Source: Gaiellaceae bacterium
GTDB lineage: Bacteria; Actinomycetota; Thermoleophilia; Gaiellales; Gaiellaceae
Length of the DNA stretch: 64,000 nt
Direction: 5' to 3'
Assembly: GCA_035514135.1 (NCBI GenBank)
Contig: DATKBJ010000046.1
Coordinates: 6,147-70,146, forward strand
The position numbers and the translations under genes were made by a program. The stretch's first letter is position 1. Every line of letters starts with the position of its first letter. Under the pieces are notes generated by a model. It was given only the letters and a program-made list of their open reading frames with translations, searched no databases and was not told where the DNA came from. Positions 36,298 through 44,574 of this stretch are shown in pieces.

Positions 36298-37353
36298 TTG
36301 ACCCAACTCGACATCGAGCACATCCTCCTCATAGAGGAGATCCGGCAACTGCTCGAGGCCTCCGAGCAGATCGGAAGCGTGAGCGTGTCCGATCTCGCCG
36401 AGATGGCCGAGACGTACGAGCTCACGGAGCTCGAGCAGGACACGCTTCTACGAGAGCTCGACCGGCGCTCGATCGACATCGTCGAGCAGGCCCCCCACTC
36501 CGAGGCCGTCGTTGCGCTGACCGCGCCCGTGGAGACGACCACCGACGCGCTGCAGCTCTTCCTCCGCGAGGCCGGGCGCCACCAGCTCCTCACTGCTGCC
36601 CAGGAGGTGGAGCTCGCCAAGCGGATCGAACGCGGTGACCCGGACGCGAAGGAGCGGATGATCCAGTCCAACCTCCGCCTCGTCGTGTCGATCGCGAAGA
36701 ATTACCGCAATCAAGGCCTCCCGTTCCTCGACCTCATCCAGGAAGGGACGCTCGGCCTCATTCGCGCCGTCGAGAAGTTCGACTGGCGGCGCGGCTTCAA
36801 GTTCTCGACCTACGCAACCTGGTGGATCCGCCAGGCCGTCGCGCGTGCCCTCGCCGACAAGGCGCGGACGATCCGCATGCCCGTCCACATCGTCGAGCGC
36901 CTGCAGAAGATCAACCGGGCCGATCGCCAGCTGTGGACGCAGCTCGGGCGCGAGCCCTCGCTCGAGGAGATCGCCGACGAGGCCTCGCTCACCGTCCAGC
37001 AGGTGCTCGAGGTGCGTGCGGCAGCGCGGGCATCGACGAGCCTCGACGCCCCGGTCGGAGACGGCGAGGACGCGGTCTTCGGCGACTTCGTAGCCGGCGA
37101 CGAGCCGCTCCCGGAGGAAACCGTCGAGGTGAACCTGCGCAGCGAGGCCCTGCGGCATGCACTCGCAGCCCTCCCCCAGCGGGAGCGCGAGGTCGTGGTG
37201 ATGCGCTATGGCCTGACAGGAGCGGAGCCACAGACGCTCGAGGAGATCGGCAAGCGTCTGGGTCTCACGCGGGAGCGCGTCCGTCAGATCGAGCTCGAGT
37301 CGCTTCGCCGCCTCGCATCTCTGCGCGAGATGCAGGCCGTCGACGTGACGTAG
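36298..37353 (+). CDS. RNA polymerase sigma-70 factor, group 1-like (region 1.1 through 4 present)
   Basis: Acidic N-terminus. Also LFLREAGRHQLLTAAQEVELAKRI, IQSNLRLVVSIAKNY, DLIQEGTLGLIRAVEKFD, FSTYATWWIRQA, RTIRMPVH and LTRERVRQIE. Confidence 0.9.
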   Translation: MTQLDIEHILLIEEIRQLLEASEQIGSVSVSDLAEMAETYELTELEQDTLLRELDRRSIDIVEQAPHSEAVVALTAPVETTTDALQLFLREAGRHQLLTAAQEVELAKRIERGDPDAKERMIQSNLRLVVSIAKNYRNQGLPFLDLIQEGTLGLIRAVEKFDWRRGFKFSTYATWWIRQAVARALADKARTIRMPVHIVERLQKINRADRQLWTQLGREPSLEEIADEASLTVQQVLEVRAAARASTSLDAPVGDGEDAVFGDFVAGDEPLPEETVEVNLRSEALRHALAALPQREREVVVMRYGLTGAEPQTLEEIGKRLGLTRERVRQIELESLRRLASLREMQAVDVT

Positions 37354-37410
37354 TGGTCGAGTCGAAACCGGCACGCGGCCGCGAAAGCGGACGCCTTCAG
37401 GGATCTTGCG

Positions 37411-37442
37411 CGGTCAGAAGTCCGCGCTAGCGGGCTTCTGAC
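37411..37442. terminator. Shared hairpin between the two convergent sigma genes
   Basis: GGTCAGAAG-tccgcgctagcggg-CTTCTGACC, a 9-bp perfect stem with further pairing in the loop. It is centred in the 99-nt gap. Confidence 0.6.
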
Positions 37443-37452
37443 CTTGCGCCGA

Positions 37453-38382
37453 CTACGAGCGCAGATACAGCTCGAGCGCGGGCGCGATGGCGCGGAGCTC
37501 GCGAAGGGCGCGCGCCTCGAGCTGGCGGACGCGCTCTCTGGTGATCCCGAGGTTCGCTCCCACTTCCTCGAGTGTGCGAGGCCGCACGCCGTCGAGACCG
37601 AAGCGCTCGACGACAACCCTGCGCTGGCGGGGCTGAAGCTGGGCAAGGGCATCGAGGAGCTCGCTGGAGCGCGCGCGATCGGCGGTCTCGACCTCGGGCT
37701 GTTGCGCGTTGGGGTCGGGGATGAGGTCGGCCACGCTCGAGTCGCCGTCGCCGATGGGCGTCTCGAGGCTGACCGGGTCGAGCACGAGCTCGAGGAGCTC
37801 CTGCACGCGTTCCGGCGTCATGTCGATCTCGGCTGCGATCTCCTCGAGCGACGGGTCCCGATTCAGCTTTTGACCGAGTAGGCGTCGCGTCTTCGTGACC
37901 TTCCGCACCTGATCCGCCACGTGGACGGGTAGCCGGATCGTCCTCCCCTGCTCTGCCAGTGCGCGCGAGATCGCCTGCTTGATCCACCAGGTCGCATAGG
38001 TCGACAGCTTGAAGCCCAGGCGGTAGTCGAACTTCTCGACGGCGCGAATGAGCCCGAGGTTCCCTTCCTGGATCAGGTCGAGCAGCGGGACCTCAGCACG
38101 CGTGTAGTTGCGCGTGATCGACATGACGAGCCGAAGGTTCGACTCGATCAGCTTGCGTTTCGCCGTCTCGTCGCCCAGATCCTTGAGCCGCGCGAGCTCG
38201 CGCTCTTCGCCCGGCGTCAGGAGACGTCCGTCCCCGATCTGCCGGACGTAGAGCTTGAGCGGATCGTCCGCGCTCGGCCCGGTGAGTCCTGGGAGTTCAC
38301 GGGGTGTCGCCGCCTCGTCGGCAGCGACGGTAGGCTCCTCGTCCGTCGGGTCGAAGAGATGCTCGGCTGCATGGCCTTCCAC
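37453..38382 (-). CDS. RNA polymerase sigma-70 factor, group 2-like (no region 1.1)
   Basis: LKLYVRQIGDGRLLTPGEERELA, IESNLRLVMSITRNY, DLIQEGNLGLIRAVEKFD, STYATWWIKQA, RTIRLPVH and ITRERVRQLE. Confidence 0.9.
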   Translation of the reverse strand: MEGHAAEHLFDPTDEEPTVAADEAATPRELPGLTGPSADDPLKLYVRQIGDGRLLTPGEERELARLKDLGDETAKRKLIESNLRLVMSITRNYTRAEVPLLDLIQEGNLGLIRAVEKFDYRLGFKLSTYATWWIKQAISRALAEQGRTIRLPVHVADQVRKVTKTRRLLGQKLNRDPSLEEIAAEIDMTPERVQELLELVLDPVSLETPIGDGDSSVADLIPDPNAQQPEVETADRARSSELLDALAQLQPRQRRVVVERFGLDGVRPRTLEEVGANLGITRERVRQLEARALRELRAIAPALELYLRS

Positions 38383-38553
38383 GGCGCATGTATCGGCCGA
38401 GCGGTTGCCCCCCTTGAGGGATGACAGCTCCCGCGAGGGATCGGCGGGTCGAGCGAGAAGCCGATGATCTGAACGGATTCCTCACAAACATGGCGATCGT
38501 GTCGAACGTCTACGTTCAGGTGTCGTCCGATCCACGGAGTCGAATAGAGCGTC

Positions 38554-39357
38554 ATGTGCGGCATAGCGGGATTCAGCATCGAACCTGAGTCGTCCGTCGA
38601 CCGGACGCTCGCGGCGCAGGCTCTCCTCGCAGGGATCGCCGAGCGCGGCGCCGACGCGGTCGGCTACGCCCACCGCGGCGTCGGCGGCCTTGTCGGAGTC
38701 ACGAAGCTCAGGGGCGGCGCGAGTGCGCTGCTGGACGAGCTCTCCGTGCCGGTCGACGCGAGCCAGGCGTTGATCCACGTTCGCGACTTCACGAAGGGCC
38801 ATCCCGATATCGAGGCGAACAACCATCCGATCCGACACGGGGTCGTGATTGGGATCCACAACGGGATCGTCGAGAACGACGACGCGCTGCTCGCGCGGTA
38901 CGGGATCGAGCGCGCCGAGCCCCAGATGACGGTCGACTCCGAGGCGATCTTCGCCCTCATGGAGCTCCGGCGACACGATGCGCGCGCGCTCTCCGAGTTG
39001 CGCGGAGCCATGGCTGCCGCGTGGCTGGACGAGCGCGACGATGCCACCCTCTTCCTCGCGCGTGGACGACACAGGCCGCTCTGGCTCGGCACTGCCGCGG
39101 GAGGCCTGTACTTCGCGTCCACGCGCCGTGCACTCACCATCGTCGCAGCGGCCCTGCGAACGCAGCTCGACGTACGGGAAGTCCGCGAGGGACGGCTCCT
39201 CCAGGTGGTACGTGGCCGCGTGCTGCGCGAGCGGCGTTTCCGCTCCGATCGGCGCTATCGCGAGCAGGACTACCTGCCGCCGGTGCGGGCCCCGCGCGAA
39301 GCTGTCTCCTGCCTCGAACGCCTCGCGGCCATAACCTCAGTCAGCGCCGCCGCGTAG
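38554..39357 (+). CDS. Stand-alone class II (Ntn) glutamine amidotransferase domain protein
   Basis: MCGIAGF N-terminal nucleophile, HVRDFTKG, NNHP and HNGIVENDDAL. Confidence 0.75.
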   Translation: MCGIAGFSIEPESSVDRTLAAQALLAGIAERGADAVGYAHRGVGGLVGVTKLRGGASALLDELSVPVDASQALIHVRDFTKGHPDIEANNHPIRHGVVIGIHNGIVENDDALLARYGIERAEPQMTVDSEAIFALMELRRHDARALSELRGAMAAAWLDERDDATLFLARGRHRPLWLGTAAGGLYFASTRRALTIVAAALRTQLDVREVREGRLLQVVRGRVLRERRFRSDRRYREQDYLPPVRAPREAVSCLERLAAITSVSAAA

Positions 39358-40035
39358 CGAGCCGTCGGGGAGAACCTCGACTCCATCCGTGCGCAGGCGC
39401 TCGCGAACGAGGAACTGGAACGCCGTCCATGCGCCTCGCGGGACGTCGAGCATGCGGTACACCTGCCATTCGGAGAGGAGCCTCCCGTCGGCCCGGCGGG
39501 CGTCCGCCCAGTCGGCCATCTTCGGCAGACGTCCGAGGCTCACGGCCAGCACAGCGCCCTGCTCGACGGCACGCTCGAGGCGTTCCTCGCCCTGGAGCAC
39601 CTCGAAGCCCGCTTCGCGCAGCGCGTTGCCGAGCGAGCCGAACGTGTGCGCGTAGAGCGAGGCCGACGGGAACGAGCGCCTGCGCGCTCCGAGGTCGCGA
39701 GCCGTGGGGGTGCGGCCGAGCTCGGCTCCGAGAACGCGCAGCTGCTCGAGGAGCTCCTCTCGTGTGAGGAACCGTCGTGGAAAGAGACCTGCTGCGCGCT
39801 TGGCAGCGTTCCAGGTGCCGAAGTGCTCGATCACGGTCTGAGGATGGACTCGTGCCTCGGGATCCTTCGCGAACTCGCGCATCGTGGGCGAGCGTCCCGT
39901 CCGCTCGGCAGCCGCGCGCAGCTCGTCGAGGATCTCGTCGTCGGTGTATCGGCGGCGAAGACCCGCCCGAAATTCGGCGAGCTCGGCCTCGTCGATGCGG
40001 ACCGAAGCACGCTTGCCTGAGCGCGGACGCGGCAT
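39337..40035 (-). CDS. Protein made of three homing-endonuclease-associated-type repeats, with no nuclease domain
   Basis: There are three units of about 55-60 aa. Each has a G-R-x-P-T/K segment followed by FG(T/S)(W/L)(N/G)xA(K/L)RxAG(L/F): ...RTGRSPTMREF...HFGTWNAAKRAAGL; ...LGRTPTARDL...TFGSLGNALREAGF; and a degenerate third unit. Confidence 0.6.
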   Translation of the reverse strand: MPRPRSGKRASVRIDEAELAEFRAGLRRRYTDDEILDELRAAAERTGRSPTMREFAKDPEARVHPQTVIEHFGTWNAAKRAAGLFPRRFLTREELLEQLRVLGAELGRTPTARDLGARRRSFPSASLYAHTFGSLGNALREAGFEVLQGEERLERAVEQGAVLAVSLGRLPKMADWADARRADGRLLSEWQVYRMLDVPRGAWTAFQFLVRERLRTDGVEVLPDGSLRGGAD

Positions 40036-40120
40036 CTCTGCAAGGAGCTTAGAGCGTTCTGGGGAATCTGCAAGTGCTCTAGAGCAGGAGGTCCCTCCTC
40101 CCTCTCGGTACGCTCGCCGC

Positions 40121-41491
40121 ATGGGCATGCGCCTGTCGCTCGAGACGTCCGCCGCGCGTACGCTCGGCGCACTCTCGCGAGCCGTCGGCCGCGGCGGGGG
40201 CACGACGCTCCCCGGCAAGGTGCTGTGGAAGGTCGATCCCGCAGCGGTCGACGCTCTCGCTCAGCGGATTCCCGGCGGAGTCGCCGTGATGTCCGCCACG
40301 AACGGCAAGACGACGACGACTGCGATGGCGGCCGAGATTCTGGGCGACGGAAGGCGACTCGCCTGCAATCGCTCCGGCGCCAACCTCATGTCCGGGATCA
40401 CGTCGGCGCTGGTAGCGGGTCGGCGCGCGGAGCTCGGGCTGTTCGAGGTGGACGAGGGAGCGCTCCCCGAGGCTCTCACGCGGACGATGCCGCGCGTCGT
40501 GACGCTCGCGAACCTCTTCCGCGACCAGCTCGACCGCTACGGAGAGCTCGAGATCATCGCCGAGCGCTGGCGCGTGGCAGTGGCGGCGCTGCCCGCGTCC
40601 ACGACGCTCGTCGTGAACGCGGATGACTCCGTCGTCGCGGATCTCGCACGGGGGCGCGATGGAGCTGTGCGCTTCGGGCTCGACGATCCGCGGCAGGCGC
40701 GTGCCGACCTGCAGCACGCTGCGGACTCGAAGTACTGCGTCCGCTGCGGCACGCCTTACGAGTTCGCCGCCGTGTATGTGGGTCACCTCGGCGACTACCT
40801 CTGCCGCGAGTGCGGACACCAACGACCACCGCTCGACGTCGCCGCACGCGACATCGAGCTGCGCGGGCTGCACGCCTCGCGGTTCCGGCTCGTCACCCCT
40901 GCGGGCGAGACGGAGATCGAGCTTGCGCTTCCGGGGCTCTACAACGTCTACAACGCGATCGCCGCGGCGTCCCTCGGTCTCGCCGTGGGCGCGTCACTCG
41001 AGGACGTGCGGGCGGGTCTGTCTCGCTTCAGCGCGGCGTTCGGGCGCTTCGAGCGGATCCGCGCAGGCGGAAAGTCGGTCGTCCTCCTTCTCATCAAGAA
41101 CCCTGCCGGCGCGAATGAGGTGATCCGGACGCTCGAGACCGGGGTTCCGCCCGTGCTCGTCGTCGCGCTCAACGACGCGATTGCAGACGGGCAGGATGTC
41201 TCCTGGATCTGGGACGTCGACTTCGAGCCGCTGCTCGAGCACGTAGGGCTCGTCATCGCAACCGGCGACCGGGCTGCGGAGCTCGGCTTGCGGATGCGCT
41301 ACGGCGGGCTCCCGGACGAGCGGCTCGAGGTCCTTCCGTCTCTCGAGCGCGCGCTCGACCACGGGTTCGGGCTCGTCGAAGCCGGCACCGAGCTCGTCGT
41401 CCTCCCCACCTACACGGCGATGCTGGCGCTGCGGGCGATCTTCGCCAACCGTGGCGAGGTTCGTCCGTACTGGGAAGCACAGCCTCGATGA
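40121..41491 (+). CDS. murT: Lipid II isoglutaminyl synthase, Mur-ligase subunit
   Basis: MSATNGKTTTTAM P-loop, the Cys4 ribbon YCVRCG...LCRECG characteristic of MurT, and a C-terminal DUF1727-like part. Translationally coupled to gatD. Confidence 0.85.
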   Translation: MGMRLSLETSAARTLGALSRAVGRGGGTTLPGKVLWKVDPAAVDALAQRIPGGVAVMSATNGKTTTTAMAAEILGDGRRLACNRSGANLMSGITSALVAGRRAELGLFEVDEGALPEALTRTMPRVVTLANLFRDQLDRYGELEIIAERWRVAVAALPASTTLVVNADDSVVADLARGRDGAVRFGLDDPRQARADLQHAADSKYCVRCGTPYEFAAVYVGHLGDYLCRECGHQRPPLDVAARDIELRGLHASRFRLVTPAGETEIELALPGLYNVYNAIAAASLGLAVGASLEDVRAGLSRFSAAFGRFERIRAGGKSVVLLLIKNPAGANEVIRTLETGVPPVLVVALNDAIADGQDVSWIWDVDFEPLLEHVGLVIATGDRAAELGLRMRYGGLPDERLEVLPSLERALDHGFGLVEAGTELVVLPTYTAMLALRAIFANRGEVRPYWEAQPR

Positions 41492-42240
41492 GGATCCGCG
41501 TCGGCCATCTCTACCCCGAGTACCTGAACATCTATGCCGATCGCGGGAACATCGCGGTGCTCACGCGCCGCGCGGCGCTGCGCGGTCACGAGCTCACGGT
41601 CACAGCGGTCGGGATCGGCGACGAGCTCGCCGTCGGGAGCCACGACCTCCTCTACGTGGGAGGAGGGCAGGATCGTGAGCAGGCGCTCATCGCACCGGAC
41701 CTCGCGTCCAAGGGCGACGCGCTGCGTGCCGCGCAGGCTCGAGGCGCGGCGGTGCTCGCAGTGTGCGGCGGGTACCAGCTCCTCGGGCGCGGCTATCGGG
41801 GGCGCGACGGGTCGTTCATGCCAGGCGCTGCGCTCTTCGGCCACGAGACGGTCGCCGGCGAGACGCGCATGATCGGCGATGTCTTGCTCGAGTGCGAACT
41901 CGAGCCTGGCCGCCGCCGGCAGATCGCAGGCTTCGAGAACCATGCCGGCCGCACGCTCCTGGACGCCGACGCCGAGCCGCTCGGTCGCGTCGTGCACGGC
42001 TTCGGCAACGACGGCGCCTCGGGCTTCGAAGGCTGTCGATTCGGCCGCGTGATCGGCACGTACCTCCACGGGCCGCTTCTGCCACGCAATCCTTGGCTGG
42101 CCGATTGGCTGCTGTCGCAGGCGCTCGCCCACGCGACCGGCGGCGATGCACAAGAGCTCACGCCACTCGCGGACACGCTCGAAGAGGACGCGTTCCGTGT
42201 GGCAGCAGAACGCGCTCGGAAACGCGGAGGGCGTCGCTGA
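41488..42240 (+). CDS. gatD: Lipid II isoglutaminyl synthase, glutaminase subunit
   Basis: HLYPEYLNIYADRGNI, the catalytic Cys context AVCGGYQLLG, and a late H (YLHGP). Confidence 0.85.
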   Translation: MRIRVGHLYPEYLNIYADRGNIAVLTRRAALRGHELTVTAVGIGDELAVGSHDLLYVGGGQDREQALIAPDLASKGDALRAAQARGAAVLAVCGGYQLLGRGYRGRDGSFMPGAALFGHETVAGETRMIGDVLLECELEPGRRRQIAGFENHAGRTLLDADAEPLGRVVHGFGNDGASGFEGCRFGRVIGTYLHGPLLPRNPWLADWLLSQALAHATGGDAQELTPLADTLEEDAFRVAAERARKRGGRR

Positions 42241-42253
42241 GAGCGATATTCCT

Positions 42254-42292
42254 GTGGGGCACCCCGGCCCACCACCCACTGCGAGCATAGCG
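42254..42292 (+). repeat. 39-nt intergenic repeat, copy A
   Basis: GTGGGGCACCCCGGCCCACCACCCACTGCGAGCATAGCG. 33 of 39 positions are identical to copy B at 48379-48417 in the same orientation. Confidence 0.85.
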
Positions 42293-42351
42293 AGCAACTC
42301 GTGACTGAAGGTGATCGGACCGTGCTGAGAGGGTCACGATCGCTCCCCCAG

Positions 42352-42810
42352 CTACGGGAGCCACATCTCGCCGAGATACGTTGCCGGGTCGCCGGGCTGC
42401 CAGCGTTGGAGGAAGCGGTGAATCGGAGGATGAAGGGTGATCGAGTCGAGCTCACGCATGAGAAACGCACGGTGGCCGCGCACGGCGTCGTCCTGCGAAA
42501 CGACGCCTTCGAGCGACCCCGTCACGTCCGCGGCGAAGATGACATGGACGACGTGCTTGCGGTATGCCCCTGTCTGGGGGGAGATCGAGTCGACGATGGC
42601 CACGGGGCCCTCGAGCGGCACCTCCGAGCCGCCCGGAAAGAGACCCGTCTCCTCCCAGAGCTCGCGCTGAAGAGCGCTGACGAGACTCTCGCCGAGCCGC
42701 ACACCACCTCCGGGGAGGAGCCAGACCTCGGCGTCGGCCTTCTCGTGCCGGAGGAGGAGGATGCGGCCTTCCCAGCGCAGGATTGCGGAGACGCGGATCC
42801 TCGGTTCCAT
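42352..42810 (-). CDS. NUDIX hydrolase
   Basis: Nudix box GGGVRLGESLVSALQRELWEETG. The ATG at 42810 was chosen; the listed upstream extension overlaps dut. Confidence 0.8.
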   Translation of the reverse strand: MEPRIRVSAILRWEGRILLLRHEKADAEVWLLPGGGVRLGESLVSALQRELWEETGLFPGGSEVPLEGPVAIVDSISPQTGAYRKHVVHVIFAADVTGSLEGVVSQDDAVRGHRAFLMRELDSITLHPPIHRFLQRWQPGDPATYLGEMWLP

Positions 42811-42820
42811 CAGGCGCGTC

Positions 42821-43255
42821 TCAGCTCGCCGACGAGCCGAATCCCTTTGCTCCGCGCTCGCTCGCGACGAGCTCGTCGACCTCGACCAACCTGACGGCCG
42901 CAACCGGAGCGACCACCAGTTGAGCGATGCGCATCCCCGGTTCCACATCGAAGGAGGCGTGCGCGTCCGTGTTCAGGAGGACGACGCAGATCTCGCCCCG
43001 GTAGCCCGAGTCGATCAACCCGGGGGAGTTGACGATCCCGATACCGTGCCGGGCCGCGAGCCCGGAGCGAGGCTGCACGAACCCGGCGTATCCGTCCGGG
43101 ATCTCGATCGCGATACCCGTCGCGACGACGGCTCGTTCGCCGGGGCCGAGTCGCACTCCCTCGCATGCCACGAGATCGAGACCGGCATCCCCCGCATACG
43201 CCGGCTCGGGAATCAGAGCGTCGGGGCGAAGCCGCCGCACTGCGACGTCGATCAC
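42821..43255 (-). CDS. dut: dUTP diphosphatase
   Basis: AGDAGLDL, RSGLA and GLIDSGYRGEI motifs. GTGA overlap with the hflX stop. Confidence 0.9.
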   Translation of the reverse strand: MIDVAVRRLRPDALIPEPAYAGDAGLDLVACEGVRLGPGERAVVATGIAIEIPDGYAGFVQPRSGLAARHGIGIVNSPGLIDSGYRGEICVVLLNTDAHASFDVEPGMRIAQLVVAPVAAVRLVEVDELVASERGAKGFGSSAS

Positions 43256-44565
43256 GGACCGGCCGCCTCCAGCTCGTGCTCCTCGTCGTCCGCGACGAGG
43301 TAACGCGCGAAGCGGGCGGCCTCGGCGCGCGGTAGACGAGCTCTCACACGAACACCGTCCGGAGTATCGCGGCGCTCCGCGATCGGCGCACCGAGGTCGT
43401 AGAGCGCTCCCAGCGCACTCCCGTCGGCGTACGGCACGAGGAGCCGCACGTCCTCGAAGCGATCCGAGAAGAGGTCGGCGATCCGCGCCCTGAGAGCGTC
43501 GAGACCCTCGCCCGTTCGGGCCGAGACGACGAGAGCACGCGGGAACAGATGCTCCACGCGTCGCCGCGTAAGCGGATTCAGAGCATCCGCCTTGTTGAGG
43601 ACGAGCTCGACGGGAATGTCGTCGGCCCCGATGTCGACGAGCACGCTCTCGACGGCGGCAATCGTCTCCTGCAGGCGTCCCTCTGAAAGTGACGCGTCGG
43701 CGACGTGGAGAACGAGGTCGGCGACGAGTGTCTCCTCGAGTGTTGCCGCGAAGCCTTCGACCAGTTGCGTCGGCAGCCTCCGTATGAACCCGACGGTGTC
43801 CGTGACGAGGTAGCGCTTGCCATCGTGCTCGAACCCGCGTGTCGTCGGGTCGAGCGTCTCGAACAGTCGGTCGTCGACGGACGCCTCGGCGCCCGTGAGC
43901 GCGTTCAGGAGTGTCGACTTGCCGACGTTCGTGTAGCCAGCGAGCGCGATCGTCGGACTCGTCGCTCGAACGCGTTCCTTGCGGCGCGTCGCGCGCTGGC
44001 TCTCCAGCCCGCGAAGCCGCCGCTTGAGGAGAGACACACGAGTGCGCGCCAGCCGTCGGTCGGTCTCGAGCTGGCTCTCACCAGGACCGCGGGTTCCGAC
44101 GCCGCCCCCGAGTCGCTCGAGGTGCTTCCACATGCCGCGCATACGCGGGAGGTTGTACTCGAGTTGGGCCAGTTCGACCTGCAGCTTTCCCTCGGAGCTT
44201 CGAGCGTGCTGGGCGAAGATGTCGAGGATCAGCTGCGTTCGATCCACGACGCGCGCCCCGAGCTCGTCTTCGAGCGACCGCTGCTGGGTCGGCGTGAGCT
44301 CGTCGTCGGCGAGGAGAACCTCGGCCGACGCGGCCGAGTATGCGCCCTTCAGCTCGGTGAGCTTCCCCTTGCCGACGAATGTGCGCGGGTCAGGTCGGTG
44401 GCGATGCTGCACGAGGTCGCCGACCGGTGCTGCTCCCGACGTCCGCGCGAGCTCGCGGAGCTCGTCGAGCTCGTCCGGCTCGGCAGAGCCCTTCGGGTAC
44501 ACGCCGACGAGAAACGCACGTTCCGGTTCCGCCCCGGGAGCGGGATCGGGCTGGCGCGCGGTCAC
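43252..44565 (-). CDS. hflX: GTPase HflX
   Basis: ERAFLVGV ... FVGKGKLTELK N-domain, G1 GYTNVGKSTLLN, DTVGF and NKAD. GTG at 44565. The 835-aa listed ORF is an upstream artefact running antisense through dapE. Confidence 0.9.
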   Translation of the reverse strand: MTARQPDPAPGAEPERAFLVGVYPKGSAEPDELDELRELARTSGAAPVGDLVQHRHRPDPRTFVGKGKLTELKGAYSAASAEVLLADDELTPTQQRSLEDELGARVVDRTQLILDIFAQHARSSEGKLQVELAQLEYNLPRMRGMWKHLERLGGGVGTRGPGESQLETDRRLARTRVSLLKRRLRGLESQRATRRKERVRATSPTIALAGYTNVGKSTLLNALTGAEASVDDRLFETLDPTTRGFEHDGKRYLVTDTVGFIRRLPTQLVEGFAATLEETLVADLVLHVADASLSEGRLQETIAAVESVLVDIGADDIPVELVLNKADALNPLTRRRVEHLFPRALVVSARTGEGLDALRARIADLFSDRFEDVRLLVPYADGSALGALYDLGAPIAERRDTPDGVRVRARLPRAEAARFARYLVADDEEHELEAAGP

Positions 44566-44574
44566 TGCGAGATT

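Noticed and set aside
36237-37389. 13-mer GGCCGCGAAAGCG present both upstream (36237-36249) and downstream (37377-37389) of the first sigma gene
   Set aside because: It is short and GC-rich with only two copies. It forms just a CGC-GAAA-GCG tetraloop hairpin. This could be chance, so I noted it without calling it.
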